NCBI GenBank assembly: GCA_965246715.1
Contig: CBDFFH010000036.1
Span: 64,001 to 128,000, forward strand
Origin: Chamaesiphon sp.
GTDB lineage: Bacteria > Cyanobacteriota > Cyanobacteriia > Cyanobacteriales > Chamaesiphonaceae
Length of the DNA: 64,000 nucleotides
Direction: 5' to 3'
Positions within the stretch are counted from its first letter, which is position 1; every line of letters begins with the position of its first letter. Under the pieces are notes generated by a model. It had not been told where the DNA came from. It made no database searches and saw only the letters and a program-made list of their open reading frames with translations. Positions 45,009 to 57,382 of the stretch are shown here, piece after piece. A program made the translations under genes and the position numbers.

Positions 45009-48000
45009 TTAAATAGGAGAAGGAATGTAATATGTCCTTGCATTGTTGACCTTGGTGAAATCCTTCTTAAGATTCCAATTAGATACAACAACACTGAAGT
45101 TATACTTGCATTCTTTGGCAATACGTTGAGATTTATTAACTTGAGCACTAAACTCAATTAGCTTTTGTCTTTTTACAGAAGTCGTATAATAATCTGGCTT
45201 ATTATTCTTCCTTCTGATTGCGTTGTCCCAATCCCATAACTTTACTTCCACAACATGTCTTTGTGAAATACCTGAAGCTCTACTTACTGTACTTCCTGGT
45301 TTAACCAGTCCGTCAAAGAAAGCAGATTCGCCACTTGGAGTAAGAATTATAAAGTCTCCTGGCGACCCAGTGATCAAAGTTGTATATCTATTGCCTTTTT
45401 GCACTCTATCGCCACCTCCTTGATGGTAAGACATCTCATAAGTAAAGCATTTTCTCTTGCATTTGTTAGGATTGGGAACTGAGTCATTATCGACTCTCAG
45501 TCGATCTCTAAACTTATAAATTTCCGCTTGGCGATTATCATATACTGCTGCTCGTTGTTCCTCTGTGAATAACGGATTAACTGTCTCAGGAGTAGATGTC
45601 CTCCTTGGCGTAGAAGAATTTGTTGTAGGCGATGGAACTGTGTTTATAGGCACTCCAGGAGTATTCTGAATCAAACCACGAGTTTGTCCATAGGAGGGAG
45701 GGTTCACAACGGTAGGTCTGAAGCCACCACCGCTCCCACTACTACCGCCACCACCCAAGGTGTTGGTACCCCAACCATTACCTGTGGGTCGTCCGATCGA
45801 ACCACTATCACTGCCTGTAGGATAAAGTACCGGAGGTGGAGCGGGAATACCTCTCATGTCTGGACCTGTCGCCGCCCCGCCACTGTCTCTCAGAACAGGT
45901 CCCAATCCACTAGGATCGATAAAATTAGTTGGACTATTTCCAACATACCGATAAAGATTGGCATCCCCAGCATTAAAGCCGATCGGATCTTCAGAAATAA
46001 ACCGTCCAACAGCACTATCATAATACCGCGCCCGATAATAATCCAGTCCAGTCTCATTATCCTGCTCCCGCCCAGTATAACCATAACGGAACTCAACAGC
46101 CGGATTAGTCTGGCTCACAACCTTCCCATAACTGTCGTAAGTAACGTGGTTCAGCACCACCCCACTACCATCGACAACATCCCGCACCGTCCCCAGATTA
46201 TCCGCCAACGCCCAAACCACCGAACCCCCACGCTCGTCAGCTAGGATTTGGTCAACACCAGTCCCATACAGATACCGATGTGTCTGGACTCCAGCACCAT
46301 CGAACACCAGTGCGATATTCGCACCATCGTAGGTGTAGTTATAAACCCCATCAGTCAACAACCGATTATCCGTTCCAGTCCCATAACCCGCAGTCGTCCG
46401 ATTGCCATTAGCATCATAACTATAAGCCTCATTCGCCTGAGTTGTATGGTTAGCACCCGTTAACTGATTGGTGCTGTCATAGCTATAATCCTCAGTCCCA
46501 TCGGTACCCGAACTCTGAGTAATTCGGTTGGCATTATCGTAAGTAAAGCCATAACTAGCAATGGTATTAACACCACGTTTGTGCGTGAGATCCTGCAATC
46601 GTCCCGCTGGATCGAAGGCATAGGTAGAATCAGCCACCGATAATGTGCCAGCCACATCCCCATAGCGATTGATGCCAGTTAATCGATTGACAGCATCGTA
46701 GCTCAGATCCATCCGTTTGCCAGTCACCCCAGTCCCCGATTGAGTCAGCTTAGTGACGCGGTTTAAGATGTCATAGCTATAAGCATTAATTCCTTTGAGC
46801 GTGCCATTAATCGAATCGGTAACACTCAACAGATTTCCCGCTGCATCATAGCCGTAATTCATCAGCACATTCGGCACTCCAGTCGTACCGAGATTATCGA
46901 CTGATGTAACGCGATCGACTAAATCGTAAGTATAGGTATATTTAGAATCTGGGTCATTGGTAGTTAATAAATGACCGACAGCATCGTAACTGTAGTTAAA
47001 GGTGCGGATGTCGGTACCCAGATTGTCCAGCCAGTGTTCGGCAGTCTCGCGGTTTAAGACATCATAATCGTAGGTGCGTTTGCGTCCGTTACGATCGATC
47101 GAACTTATCAAATCCCCAACGGCATCATAGCCAAAGGTGCGGGTTTTACCGAGTTGGTTGGTATCGGTAATTTGGCGATCTAAAGCGTCGTAAGTATAAC
47201 TAGTCGTATTCCCTACCGAATCGGTAATCGAGAGTATATTCCCAACAGCATCGTAAGCGGTGATGGTGGGATTACTCTTGGCATCGACGACTTTGATTTG
47301 ACGATCGAGTTTGTCAAAGAAGTATTGAGTTGTATGACCCAGTGCATCGGTAACAGAGGTGCGATTGCCGACGTTATCGTAACCGAAGGTAGTTGTATGG
47401 GTGAGGGGATCGGTAATGCCTGTCAGACGGTCTAACGAGTCGTAAGTATAGGTGGTGGTCTGGACTAGCTCGTTAGTGCGGGCGATGACATTGCCTACTG
47501 CATCGTAACTGATCGTCTGCTCCTGGTTGAGGGCATCTTTAGTGGAGACGATCCGGTTATTGCGATCGTAACCGTAGGTGGTGGTATGACCCAGTTCATC
47601 GGTGGTGGAGGTGACGTTACCTTCGGTATCGTAGACGGTGCTGGTAGTATGATTGAGCGGATCGAGGGTGGAGATTAAGCGATCGACTCGATCGTAGGTG
47701 AAATAAGTCGTGCGATTGAGTGCGTCGGTGGTGGATTTGATGTTACCGACTTTATCGTAGACGATGGTTGCATCTTGGTTGAGTGCATCGATAGTCTTGA
47801 CTAAGCGATCGAGATTATCGTAGACGTATTTAGTCGTGTGGTTGAGTTCGTCAGTTGTGGATTTGATATTACCGACTGCATCATAGGTGATAGTGGCCTT
47901 CTGACCGAGTGCGTCTGTGGTCTTGATTAGACGATCGAGTACGTCGTAATCGAAGCTGGTAGTATGGCTGAGCGGATCGGTAACGCTCAGAATATTCCCG

Positions 48001-48675
48001 ACTTTATCATAGGTAGTTTTAGTCAGTGAGTTTCGAGCATCCTTAACCTGAATCCGACGATTCAGTGCGTCATAAGTATACTCAGTCCGATTCCCATTAG
48101 CATCGATCGTCGCCGTGACATTGCCTAACTTATCGTACTCATTACTAGTAACATGCCCCAGGGCATCCTTAACTGCAATCTGCCGACCTAAATCATCGTA
48201 TTTATAAGTGGTAGTATGCCCTTTGGCATCGATCGTGGCAATTAGTTCGTTGGCGGCATCGTAACTGTATTGAGTCTGATTTCCCATCGCATCGATTTCC
48301 CGTATCAATCGATTGCGAACGTCATATAATTGCTGAGTTTTGTGTCCGAGCGTGTCGGTAGTCGCGGTCAGGTTGTCGTTGCCATCGTAGCCATAGGTGG
48401 TGGCTTTGGGGTTGAGGGGATCGGCATCGGCGGCGATGGTACCGATGAGACGATTGCGCGCATCGTAGCGATACTGAGTCGCATGTGTGAGTGCGTCGGT
48501 GACGGTGATGAGGTTGCCGTTATTGTCGTAGGCATTGGTGGTTAAGCCATTGCCCGCATCGAGGATAGTTTCCAGTCTGCCGCGCTTGTCATAGGTCATT
48601 TTCGTCACATGACCCAGTGCGTCGGTGACGCTGGTTTGATGACCCATCTTGTCGTAGGTATAAGTCGTCTTACTA
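45009..48675 (-). pseudogene. Rhs/YD-repeat protein, 5'-truncated, with a PD-(D/E)xK-like nuclease tip
   Basis: YD repeats; YRYVGNSPTNFIDPSG; tip FFDGL...VVEVK. Confidence 0.88.
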
Positions 48676-48752
48676 CCCAGCTACGCCAGCATCCCTAACA
48701 ATGATGATGCGGATTAAATGTTAAAATATTAGTAAATATGTATCTGTAATTC

Positions 48753-49574
48753 ATGCGTCGCGATTCGATATTTTATCAGTTGTTTCGTCAATATCCAGCT
48801 CTGTTATTCGAGCTATTATCTCAACCTCCAGATCGAGCGTCTGAATACATTTTTGAAGCGGTTGAGGTCAAGGAAACTGCTTTTAGAATGGATGGGGTAT
48901 TTCTCCCACCAGATCGATCGGGAATAGTTTATCTGTGTGAGGTGCAATTTCAACTGGATGAGTTGCTTTATGAACGAATGCTGAGTGAGATTTCCATTTA
49001 CACTTATCGCAATCGCGAACGATTTGCCGATTGGCAAGCGGTGATAATTTATCCGAGTCGAAGTATGGAACAATCGCGGACTGGAATGGTCCGGGAGATG
49101 TTGGATAGTGGCCGGATTAGGCGAGTGTATTTGGATGAGTTGGGGGAGGTGGAGGAGTTACCTACTGGTTTAGGTTTGATGGTGTTGACAACGCTGGAGG
49201 GGGAGAAGGCTACTCAGTCGGCGATCGGGTTAATCGAGCGGGCACAGGGCAATCGAGGTATAATCGATTTAATCTCCACAATTATTGTTTACAAGTTTAG
49301 TAATTTAAGTAGGGATGAGGTGGATGCGATGTTAGGGATTGAGTTGGAACAGACTAGAGTTTATCAAGAGGCGAAGGCTGAAGGATTAGAGCAGGGTTGG
49401 CAACAGGAAAGAGCTTTAGTCGTTAGACTTTTGACTAAAAAACTAGGAAATCTTACTCCAAAAAATCAAAGTCGGATTAATGAGCTATCAATAGATCGAG
49501 TCGAATCTTTAGGTGAAGCTTTATTAGATTTCACTTCTATTTCCGATTTAGAGGCTTGGTTGAATCATAATTAA
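48753..49574 (+). CDS. Rpn-family (DUF2887/DUF4351) protein
   Basis: MRRDSIFYQLF, VKETAFRMDGVF, EVQFQ; C-terminal LGEALLDF..DLEAWL. Confidence 0.9.
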   Translation: MRRDSIFYQLFRQYPALLFELLSQPPDRASEYIFEAVEVKETAFRMDGVFLPPDRSGIVYLCEVQFQLDELLYERMLSEISIYTYRNRERFADWQAVIIYPSRSMEQSRTGMVREMLDSGRIRRVYLDELGEVEELPTGLGLMVLTTLEGEKATQSAIGLIERAQGNRGIIDLISTIIVYKFSNLSRDEVDAMLGIELEQTRVYQEAKAEGLEQGWQQERALVVRLLTKKLGNLTPKNQSRINELSIDRVESLGEALLDFTSISDLEAWLNHN

Positions 49575-49714
49575 CGATCGATAGAGATCGCAATCGCTCT
49601 ATATTCTATGGCGATCGAGCATGGGTGCGATCGAGTTAAAGTTGTTCGGGAGCGATCGAATCGCCAGAAAGCTTGCTCCGTATGAAGTTGAGTCGTGGGC
49701 ACTGCCCACCCTAC

Positions 49715-49919
49715 TGGCTGGCTCCATAAATAAAGCAAAACTGGCATTCAGGCTAAGTCTCTGGTGCTGACTGGGCATCAGCTCTAACAACGTGTACAGT
49801 ATTAATTGGGCGTAAGGGAGAATGGTATTCACTGTTCTCATCAATGTGTTTTCACGCCCTTTTTCTCACATTTTCAATCTCTTGAAAAGCAGCTCTAATG
49901 TACTAGTGCAAGATGTGAG
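49715..49919 (-). mobile_element. IS701 5' fragment truncated at a REP
   Basis: MMRTVNTILPYAQL as at 22528; IR GTGCAAGATGTGAG. Confidence 0.85.
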
Positions 49920-50051
49920 ATAATCGATCGACCGTTGCGGTCTAAGGTTTAGGTGAGATTGCCGACGTTATCGTAGCTGTTAGTACGCATTGTACTCAAC
50001 TGATTGGTATCAATGATTAACCGATCGGTATTATTGCAAGTTGTGATTTGC

Positions 50052-50744
50052 TTAATAGATCTTTAAAATTTTTCTATTGACGATATCTTCATACAATTCC
50101 CAATATTCTTCCCATTCATCAATAAATTGATTTATTCGATTTAATTTATCTCGCTCGCTAATTCCTTCAAGATCGAAGCTAAAATTAGTAGAAAAAAGGG
50201 CACCAGCAATTAGAGAATTATCAGTTTCTTCCACTATAGTAGCATCTTCAATCCTTAGTACAAAATCATCTTTAGGATTATTAAAAAGTAACTCTATACT
50301 TCCACGAATTGGCTCGACACTAGCAGACTGTAAATCGTTAGGGGCTAATACAGTTGTAGGAATATATTGAGAAAAATTAGATTTTTTGTCACGCTCAAAC
50401 CAGATAAAGCTTCTAAATCCAATTCTGGCTAATGAATAATTAAATTTATTGAAAGTGTTAACCCATTTTTTCGATAACAAAGATATATTAATATTACTAG
50501 GCTTGCAATAGCGATAAGCTATAGGTTCTGTAAAAATAATTTCTCCGTCTCTGGCATAGAGTGAAACTTCATTGTTGAATGTTACTTGCCCTTGTTGAGA
50601 AGTGATCTCTGGAGGACTTGAAAATTCCCAGTCCCTAGGAATGATGCGGCTCTCTTTTAAAAATTTGGGAGTTAAAAATGTTGCTATTATTTCGTCTGAA
50701 TACAAATAGATGTCTAACTCTTGATATTTTATAATTGGTTTCAT
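50052..50744 (-). CDS. Hypothetical protein in the Rhs immunity region
   Basis: 230-aa AT-rich ORF, co-oriented with the locus. Confidence 0.65.
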   Translation of the reverse strand: MKPIIKYQELDIYLYSDEIIATFLTPKFLKESRIIPRDWEFSSPPEITSQQGQVTFNNEVSLYARDGEIIFTEPIAYRYCKPSNINISLLSKKWVNTFNKFNYSLARIGFRSFIWFERDKKSNFSQYIPTTVLAPNDLQSASVEPIRGSIELLFNNPKDDFVLRIEDATIVEETDNSLIAGALFSTNFSFDLEGISERDKLNRINQFIDEWEEYWELYEDIVNRKILKIY

Positions 50745-50790
50745 TAGATATATTGTAAATTACTTTGATAGTTTGCTTGAAGCACTCAAG

Positions 50791-51534
50791 TTAACAAATA
50801 CCTAAAAAGCTTTTACCATTATTCTCGGAAGATTTCTTCAACCATTCTATCATTTCTGGAGTAACAACAGGAGAGCTTTGCAATCTACGTAAGTCTTCAT
50901 TTTCTTTTTTAATTTCTTTTAGAAGTAAAGGATGGTTGAAGAGTAATATATCTAATTGCTTGTAGAAATCTTCATTATATTTTTCATTGAAAGGATCGTA
51001 ATCTTTGTCAACACAAGAATACACTTCAGCTATTTTTCTAAAAGGTAAGATATCATCGATAGTAAATATATCATAACTTTCTTGTATTTCTTCATCACTT
51101 AGGTCGCCATTTATAATAGCAGCAATGCTTGTATCAAAATAGTAGGAGAAGGAATCATGAACTTGATCGATTGCTGATGCCACCGCTGCTCCAGATGGAT
51201 ATAAACACATAAGTAAAGTATCATTAAGACATTTTAAAGCATTTTCAGATACTGGCAGACTAGCTAAATCTTCCTCATATTCTTCAAATGCTAAACTATC
51301 AATTAATAACTCTATCCTATCAGGCTCGAATCGATTGTTGAGAAGAGATATCCAAACTTCATCCAGTGCATTTCTCAATAATTCAAAGCTATTTCTGCCA
51401 TAGTAGTAATCATACAGCTTGAAATTTGGTATCGTTCTCTCACTTAAAGAAGCACAGAACGACACCTGACGACGCTGAGGTAGTTCTGGGAAGATAACAT
51501 TACTATCACTGAATATTCCATATTTAATTTCCAT
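50791..51534 (-). CDS. DUF416-like candidate immunity protein
   Basis: FCASLSERTIPNFKLY...LRNALDEVW; starts 20 bp after the toxin stop. Confidence 0.65.
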   Translation of the reverse strand: MEIKYGIFSDSNVIFPELPQRRQVSFCASLSERTIPNFKLYDYYYGRNSFELLRNALDEVWISLLNNRFEPDRIELLIDSLAFEEYEEDLASLPVSENALKCLNDTLLMCLYPSGAAVASAIDQVHDSFSYYFDTSIAAIINGDLSDEEIQESYDIFTIDDILPFRKIAEVYSCVDKDYDPFNEKYNEDFYKQLDILLFNHPLLLKEIKKENEDLRRLQSSPVVTPEMIEWLKKSSENNGKSFLGIC

Positions 51535-51554
51535 ATTAACACGTTAATTTCTCA

Positions 51555-54092
51555 CTAACATTTTTTGTCCCCAGGAACTTTTCTTCTTTTAATCTTAGGA
51601 ATAAGATCGGTAGAAGGACGGTTTTTAGGCGTATTTTTATAATCTTTTAATATAGTATTAAGAGTCTTAACTCCTTTAACATCTTTGGCACAAGATGGAC
51701 AGAAATTTTTGCTCACACCTATGGATTTGAGCTTTGTATTGTTGTTAATAGAATACTGTTTTTGTCTTCCTTCTGCATGCCAGCCTCCTGTTCCATCATC
51801 TATTTTTTGCTTACCATTTCTATCTAAAGTTGGATTACCATTCTCATCTATTAGTTTAGCACCAGTTGCAACATCACTTGGTGTTGAGACTATGTAACCT
51901 TTCCCCCGAAGATAAGCTGTCTGTTCTCCGCTTAATCGTCCATTAGAAACAGTAACTACAATTTTTTGAGTTCCATTGGGAAACTCATGCAATCCTACAG
52001 CTACATTTCTTTGCAATGCACGGTTTTTTTGATATTTCTCTGGAACTTTTCCCCCCGGATTGTTTCGTTGATACTCTTGTGTCTTGCGATCTAGTGTTCG
52101 CTGTTCTCTCTCAATTTCATCACCTTTTATATTTGCAGCCTCTTGAATGAGTTGCTGGAGAAACTCTTTTGTCAATTCTGAGTTGGGATCTAATGGCTTC
52201 CTATTACATGGGTCTTCTGGATCTGGAATCGGGCATTGAGATGTATTTTTCTTAGTGGTATTGCGATGTTTTTTGAGTTCTCCTAGAGGTGTGTTTAGTG
52301 GATTATCATTTTTAATCGGAAGTGGTAGTTCTAGTAACCCACTTGGATCGATCGCATTTGTCGGACTATTACCAACATATCGATAAAGATTGGTATCCCC
52401 AGCATTAAACCCGATCGGATCTTCAGAGATAAACCGACCAGTACTCGCATCATAATACCGCGCCCGATAATAATCTAACCCAGTCTCACTATCAGCCTCC
52501 CGTCCGGTATAACCATACCGGAACTCAACACTAGCATTACTCTGACTGACAACCTTGCCAAAACTGTCATAAGTCACATGGTTGAGAACAACCCCACCAC
52601 CATCGACAACATCCCGCACCGTCCCCAGATTATCCGCCAAAGCCCAAACAACCGAACCACCGCGCTCATCAGCCAAAATCTGGTCTACCCCTGTACCATA
52701 CAAATACCGATGCGTCTGGACTCCAGCACCATCGAATACCAGTGCGATATTGGCACCATCGTAAACATACCGCTCGGCAACGACACCATCGATCTTCTTA
52801 CTAATCCGCCTGTCATTCACATCATAGGAATAAGCGATCGTCTTAACGGACATTCCCGCCAGCATCCTTAAACACAACTGAAGTCAACCGATTCCGATAA
52901 TCCCAGTTGTATTCTGTGACCTTACCAGTCGCGATCTCAGTGCGCTTAGTCCGATTCCCCTCATCATCATCATAGGAATAGTTATACACCCCATCAGTTA
53001 ACAACCGATTATCCGTTCCAGTTCCATAACCACTATTCGTCCGATTGCCATTGGCATCGTAACTATAAGCCTCATTCGCCTGAGTGGTATGGTTGGCACC
53101 CGTTAACTGATTGGTATCATCGTAGGTATAATCCTGAATCCCATCCGTTCCAGAACTTTGAGTAATCCGATTGGCATCATCGTAAGTAAACCCATAACTC
53201 GCAATGGTATTAACACCGTGCTTGTGCGTGAGATTTTTCAACCGTCCCGCCGGATCGTAACTGTAGCTAGATCAGCCACCGATAATGTGCCAGCCAGATC
53301 CCCATAACGACTCAAACCAGTCAAGCGATTGATGGCATCGTAGCTCAGATCCACCCGTTTGCCAGCCACTCCAGCCCCCGATTGAGTCAGCTTAGTGAGA
53401 CGGTTTAAGATGTCGTAGGTATAGCCATTAGTCCCTTTGAGAGTGCCATTAATCGAATCGGTCACACTCAACAGATTTCCCGCTGCATCATAGCCGTAAT
53501 TCATCAGCACATTCGGCACTCCAGTCGTACCGAGATTATCGACTGATGTAACGCGATCGACTAAATCGTAAGTATAGGTATATTTAGAATCTGGGTCATT
53601 GGTAGTTAATAAATGACCGACAGCATCGTAACTGTAGTTAAAGGTGCGGATGTCGGTACCCAGATTGTCCAGCCAGTGTTCGGCAGTCTCGCGGTTTAAG
53701 ACATCATAATCGTAGGTGCGTTTGCGTCCGTTGCGATCGATCGTTTGAATCAAATCCCCAACCGCATCATAGCCAAAGGTGCGGGTTTTACCGAGTTGGT
53801 TGGTATCGGTAATTTGGCGATCTAAAGCGTCGTAAGTATAACTAGTCGTATTCCCTACCGAATCGGTAATCGAGAGTATATTCCCAACAGCATCGTAAGC
53901 GGTGATGGTGGGATTACTCTTGGCATCGACGACTTTGATTTGACGATCGAGCTTATCGTAATAGTAGTTAGTGGTGTGACCCAGTGCATCGGTAACAGAG
54001 GTGCGATTGCCGACGTTATCGTAACCGAAGGTAGTGGTATGGGTGAGAGGATCGGTAATGCCTGTGAGCCGATCGAGTTTATCGTAGGTATA
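51555..54092 (-). pseudogene. Second Rhs module (frameshifted core) with a deaminase tip
   Basis: ORFs 53238-53753, 52843-53241 and 51555-52877; IDPSGL; WHAE...IGVSKNFCPSC. Confidence 0.85.
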
Positions 54093-54386
54093 GGGGTCAA
54101 ATGAGTATCCATACAGAAACTTACGTTAAGGCTGAGAACGTTACTGGGTAAAGATTTTAATTAGTAGTTTTTTTGTTCTGTTGAAGCTGGGGGAGTCAAA
54201 ATTCTAGCCGTACCTATTAACCTTTAGGCTATTTGGTACTATAAATGAATACGGCATAGCAAAGGTTTCAGACTCCTAAAACTCAGACCCTTCAATTGGT
54301 ACAGATTTCTTCATAGCGATCGGGGGCTTGAAAACAGATCTTCCAATCCTTAACATAAGTTTCTGCACGATTGCTCATTTCAGCCC
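54093..54386. mobile_element. 294-bp Tn3-family miniature element, copy 2
   Basis: Same orientation as copy 1; both neighbouring genes are truncated at its ends. Confidence 0.9.
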
Positions 54387-55038
54387 ACAATTGGGAGATA
54401 TCGCCATCATTCCTGCCGGAATCGCCCATCGCTGCAATTGGAATACTACCGCTCAGTTCGGCATTTTAGCCATAGAACCCACACTACTTCAACAAATCGG
54501 ACAAGATTGGATAAATCCCGATCGAATCGAACTGATGCCCCAGTTTATGAGTAAATGAGACGATCTAATTCAAAGTATTTTTGCCACTTTGAGTGCGGAA
54601 TTAGCAACGGGTGGAATCGGCAGCAACTTACTTGTAGATAGCCTAAAAACGACCTTAGCAATTCATTTGCTTCGCAACTATTGCACGACATCACCACGGC
54701 TTTCTAGCTATGCTGATGGGCTACCTGCTGCCAAGTTGATGTTAGTAAAGGACTATATCAACGCACATCTCGACCTAGATTTGAAGCTGACAGAGTTAAG
54801 CGAGATCGTCCAAATTAGCCCATATCATTTCTTACGATTGTTTAAGAGAAGTCTGGACATTACGCCGCATCAATATATTTTGCAGCAGCGGATCGAGCAA
54901 GCGAAATACCTGTTGAAATCCAGCAATCTGAATATTTCAGAGATTGCGCTCAGGGTGGGCTTTTGCGATTCTAGTCACCTAACTCGATGTTTCAAAAGCA
55001 CCCTGGGCAGGACACCCAGCCAATGGCGACAACTATGA
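54387..55038 (+). pseudogene. AraC-family regulator, 5'-truncated, with an internal TGA at 54556-54558
   Basis: ISPYHFLRLFK...EIALRVGFCDSSHL double HTH. Confidence 0.88.
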
Positions 55039-55130
55039 CCGCAAGAATATCCCAAAACTCAGCAACTTTTTTCTAGCATCCTGACTCGCGATTTTTCTAA
55101 ACTATCGATAGTCGTTTCGCCTTACCAAAG

Positions 55131-55538
55131 ATGCCACATATTCAAGCGATGAGTGTCCCACTCTGGGGATTAGTGATTTTTATGGGATGGACGATCGCAA
55201 GCGTTTGTCTCCTACTTACTGTCAGGATTCGACATTTAGCAACTGGTGGCGCGGTGAAAGATTTTGGCACTCAAAATGAGGCAAGTTTACTGTGGCGACT
55301 TTACCGAGTTCAAGCTAACTTGGTGGAAAATCTACCGTTATATCTAGGCGTGGTGTTCCTGCTAACCGTGCGGGGAGTTGCGGGAACGGCGATCGATGCT
55401 TTAGTTATTATGTATATTATATTTCGACTGATTCACTCGCTCGTTCATATTGCTGGCTTGAATCCAATGTTTAAAATATTCTGTTTAGCTATTCAGTTCG
55501 GTTGTCTAATTGCACTAACAACTTTGGCAATTGTCTAA
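55131..55538 (+). CDS. MAPEG-family membrane protein
   Basis: RLYRVQANLVENLP; RLIHSLVH. Confidence 0.85.
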   Translation: MPHIQAMSVPLWGLVIFMGWTIASVCLLLTVRIRHLATGGAVKDFGTQNEASLLWRLYRVQANLVENLPLYLGVVFLLTVRGVAGTAIDALVIMYIIFRLIHSLVHIAGLNPMFKIFCLAIQFGCLIALTTLAIV

Positions 55539-55600
55539 TTTAGATCGCAATTATTGGCTTGTGCAGCAATACATTTATCAAAAAATTCAGGAGATTTTGC

Positions 55601-57345
55601 ATGAATCGGTTACAAGGAAAATGTACCCTCATCACTGGTGGCACAACGGGTATAGGGCTTGAGACAGTACCCCTGTTAAGGTGACAGTTAAACTACTAAG
55701 TAGTGAGAAGCCGAAAAGTAGCAACATGCGGACGTTTGGGGTCATACTTCTTCTTGTTAGTCGGCTTTTTCGCTCCTCGTGGAGAAGACAAGAAGCGGTT
55801 GAGATTGACATGACTAGCACAGTCTCGTAAAAATTCCGCCAATAACGCCACGCTCATCAGTGCAAAAGGTTTCCAATCCCTCAGCAACAATTGCAATCTC
55901 CATCCCTCTAAAAGTTGACTGGACTTCTTCAACCACATAATAATTGGACAAGCCCGACTCAATTTTTCCGGCACCATGAACATCTTTGAGCGCAGCTTTG
56001 ACCGTAGATAGAATGTTGAAAGCCATCAGTGCCATCCAAAACACGAATAATGCCGCTTTGGGATAACCCAAGGTCTGGAGTTCGCAATTAAATATATCCG
56101 TAATCACTTGGAACATCTGTTCGATTTGCCACCGCTTGAGGTAGAGATCTGCCACAATCAAGGCTGTCACATCGGTGTCAGGCAAATTAGTTAACACTGT
56201 CACTTGAGCATCGCCATGACGAGTTGGTTGTTTGAGTTGAATCGTAATTCGGCGGACACAAATGCCACTATCAAGCTGCACCTGTTGCTCGAAGATAGTG
56301 CCACTATCGTTTTGACCTATTTCTACTCTGGGGGTGATTTCTGTCCATTTCAAACCGAGGTGTTCTCGAATCACGAAACTGGCTTCCCGGGTACTAATGC
56401 CAGTCAAAAAGTCTTTGGTACAAAAATTTCGGTCAGCAATCCAGACTTGCCCTGCTGTAACCGTTTCCAGCACGGATGGCAACAATGACCGTTCTTGTGC
56501 GTGAGCATCTTCTTCGGGAAATACATCCACAACCATTTCTCGCTGCGGGTCTAGCACTGCGATTGCTTGTCCTGGTAGTGCCCCTGCTGCTTGCAGTCGT
56601 AACACCTTGATTCGATGTTCTGTCCCCCCGATGTGATTCCCATCAATGATTCTGACTTCATATCCCGGCAAGATAATCTTGCTTGCTTGAGTAAATTCTG
56701 CCACCACTGATGAGAGTTGTTCGCTGCTGTACCGCACCAATGCCTGTGATAGCTTTGGTTCCAGTCCATTGATTTTTGCGTACAATGATACTTTTGATAC
56801 CCCCACCACTTTCTCGAATGCTTTGTAGGCTGCGCCAACTGATGGATAAATTCCGCAGACGACTAAGCTCATGATTCCGACTACACTTGAGAATAGGAGT
56901 TCTCTGGTGTACTGCCGCTCTGCTGTGTCCTCAAACAACTGTTCTAGTTGCTCTGTGGCAAAGATTTTTTCCATGATTGCTCTGACCATCACTGTCAAGG
57001 GTGTCTGCTCTACAAATCTCTCAAAGATGTTACTAATCATCTTCAATTCCCTCTCTGGTTCGGTTTTTGGCTTTCAAGTCGGATTATACTCCGCTTTTAT
57101 GCCCTTTGAGGCTGCACTAGTACAACAGCTCACCTTAACAGGGGTAGGCTTGAGACAGCTAAACAATTTCTTGCAGAGGGTGCGCGTGTGGCAGTCACTG
57201 GACGTAGCCCAGACACACTAGCTCAAGCACAGCAAGAACTGGGCAAAGAGGTAATCGTCATCAAGTGTGATGCGGGTCAAGTCGGCGCACAAAAGCACTT
57301 GGCAGCGGAAATCGCTAAAGTTTTCGACAAACTTGATATTGATAT
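55601..57345 (+). pseudogene. Short-chain dehydrogenase split by IS4 and 3'-truncated
   Basis: MNRLQGKCTLITGGTTGIGLET|AKQFLAEGARVAVTGR...KLDI. Confidence 0.88.
55668..57146 (-). mobile_element. IS4-family element (transposase 55814-57046, frameshifted tail 55696-55983)
   Basis: IRs TACCCCTGTTAAGGTGA; 12-bp TSD GGCTTGAGACAG. Confidence 0.93.
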
Positions 57346-57382
57346 TTTATTTGTTTGGTAAAAATATCGGTAAGATGGTTGC

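Noticed and set aside
45900..54092. Diversity-generating retroelement template/variable repeat pair in the duplicated Rhs cores
   Set aside because: No reverse transcriptase in the window, and the differences do not look adenine-specific
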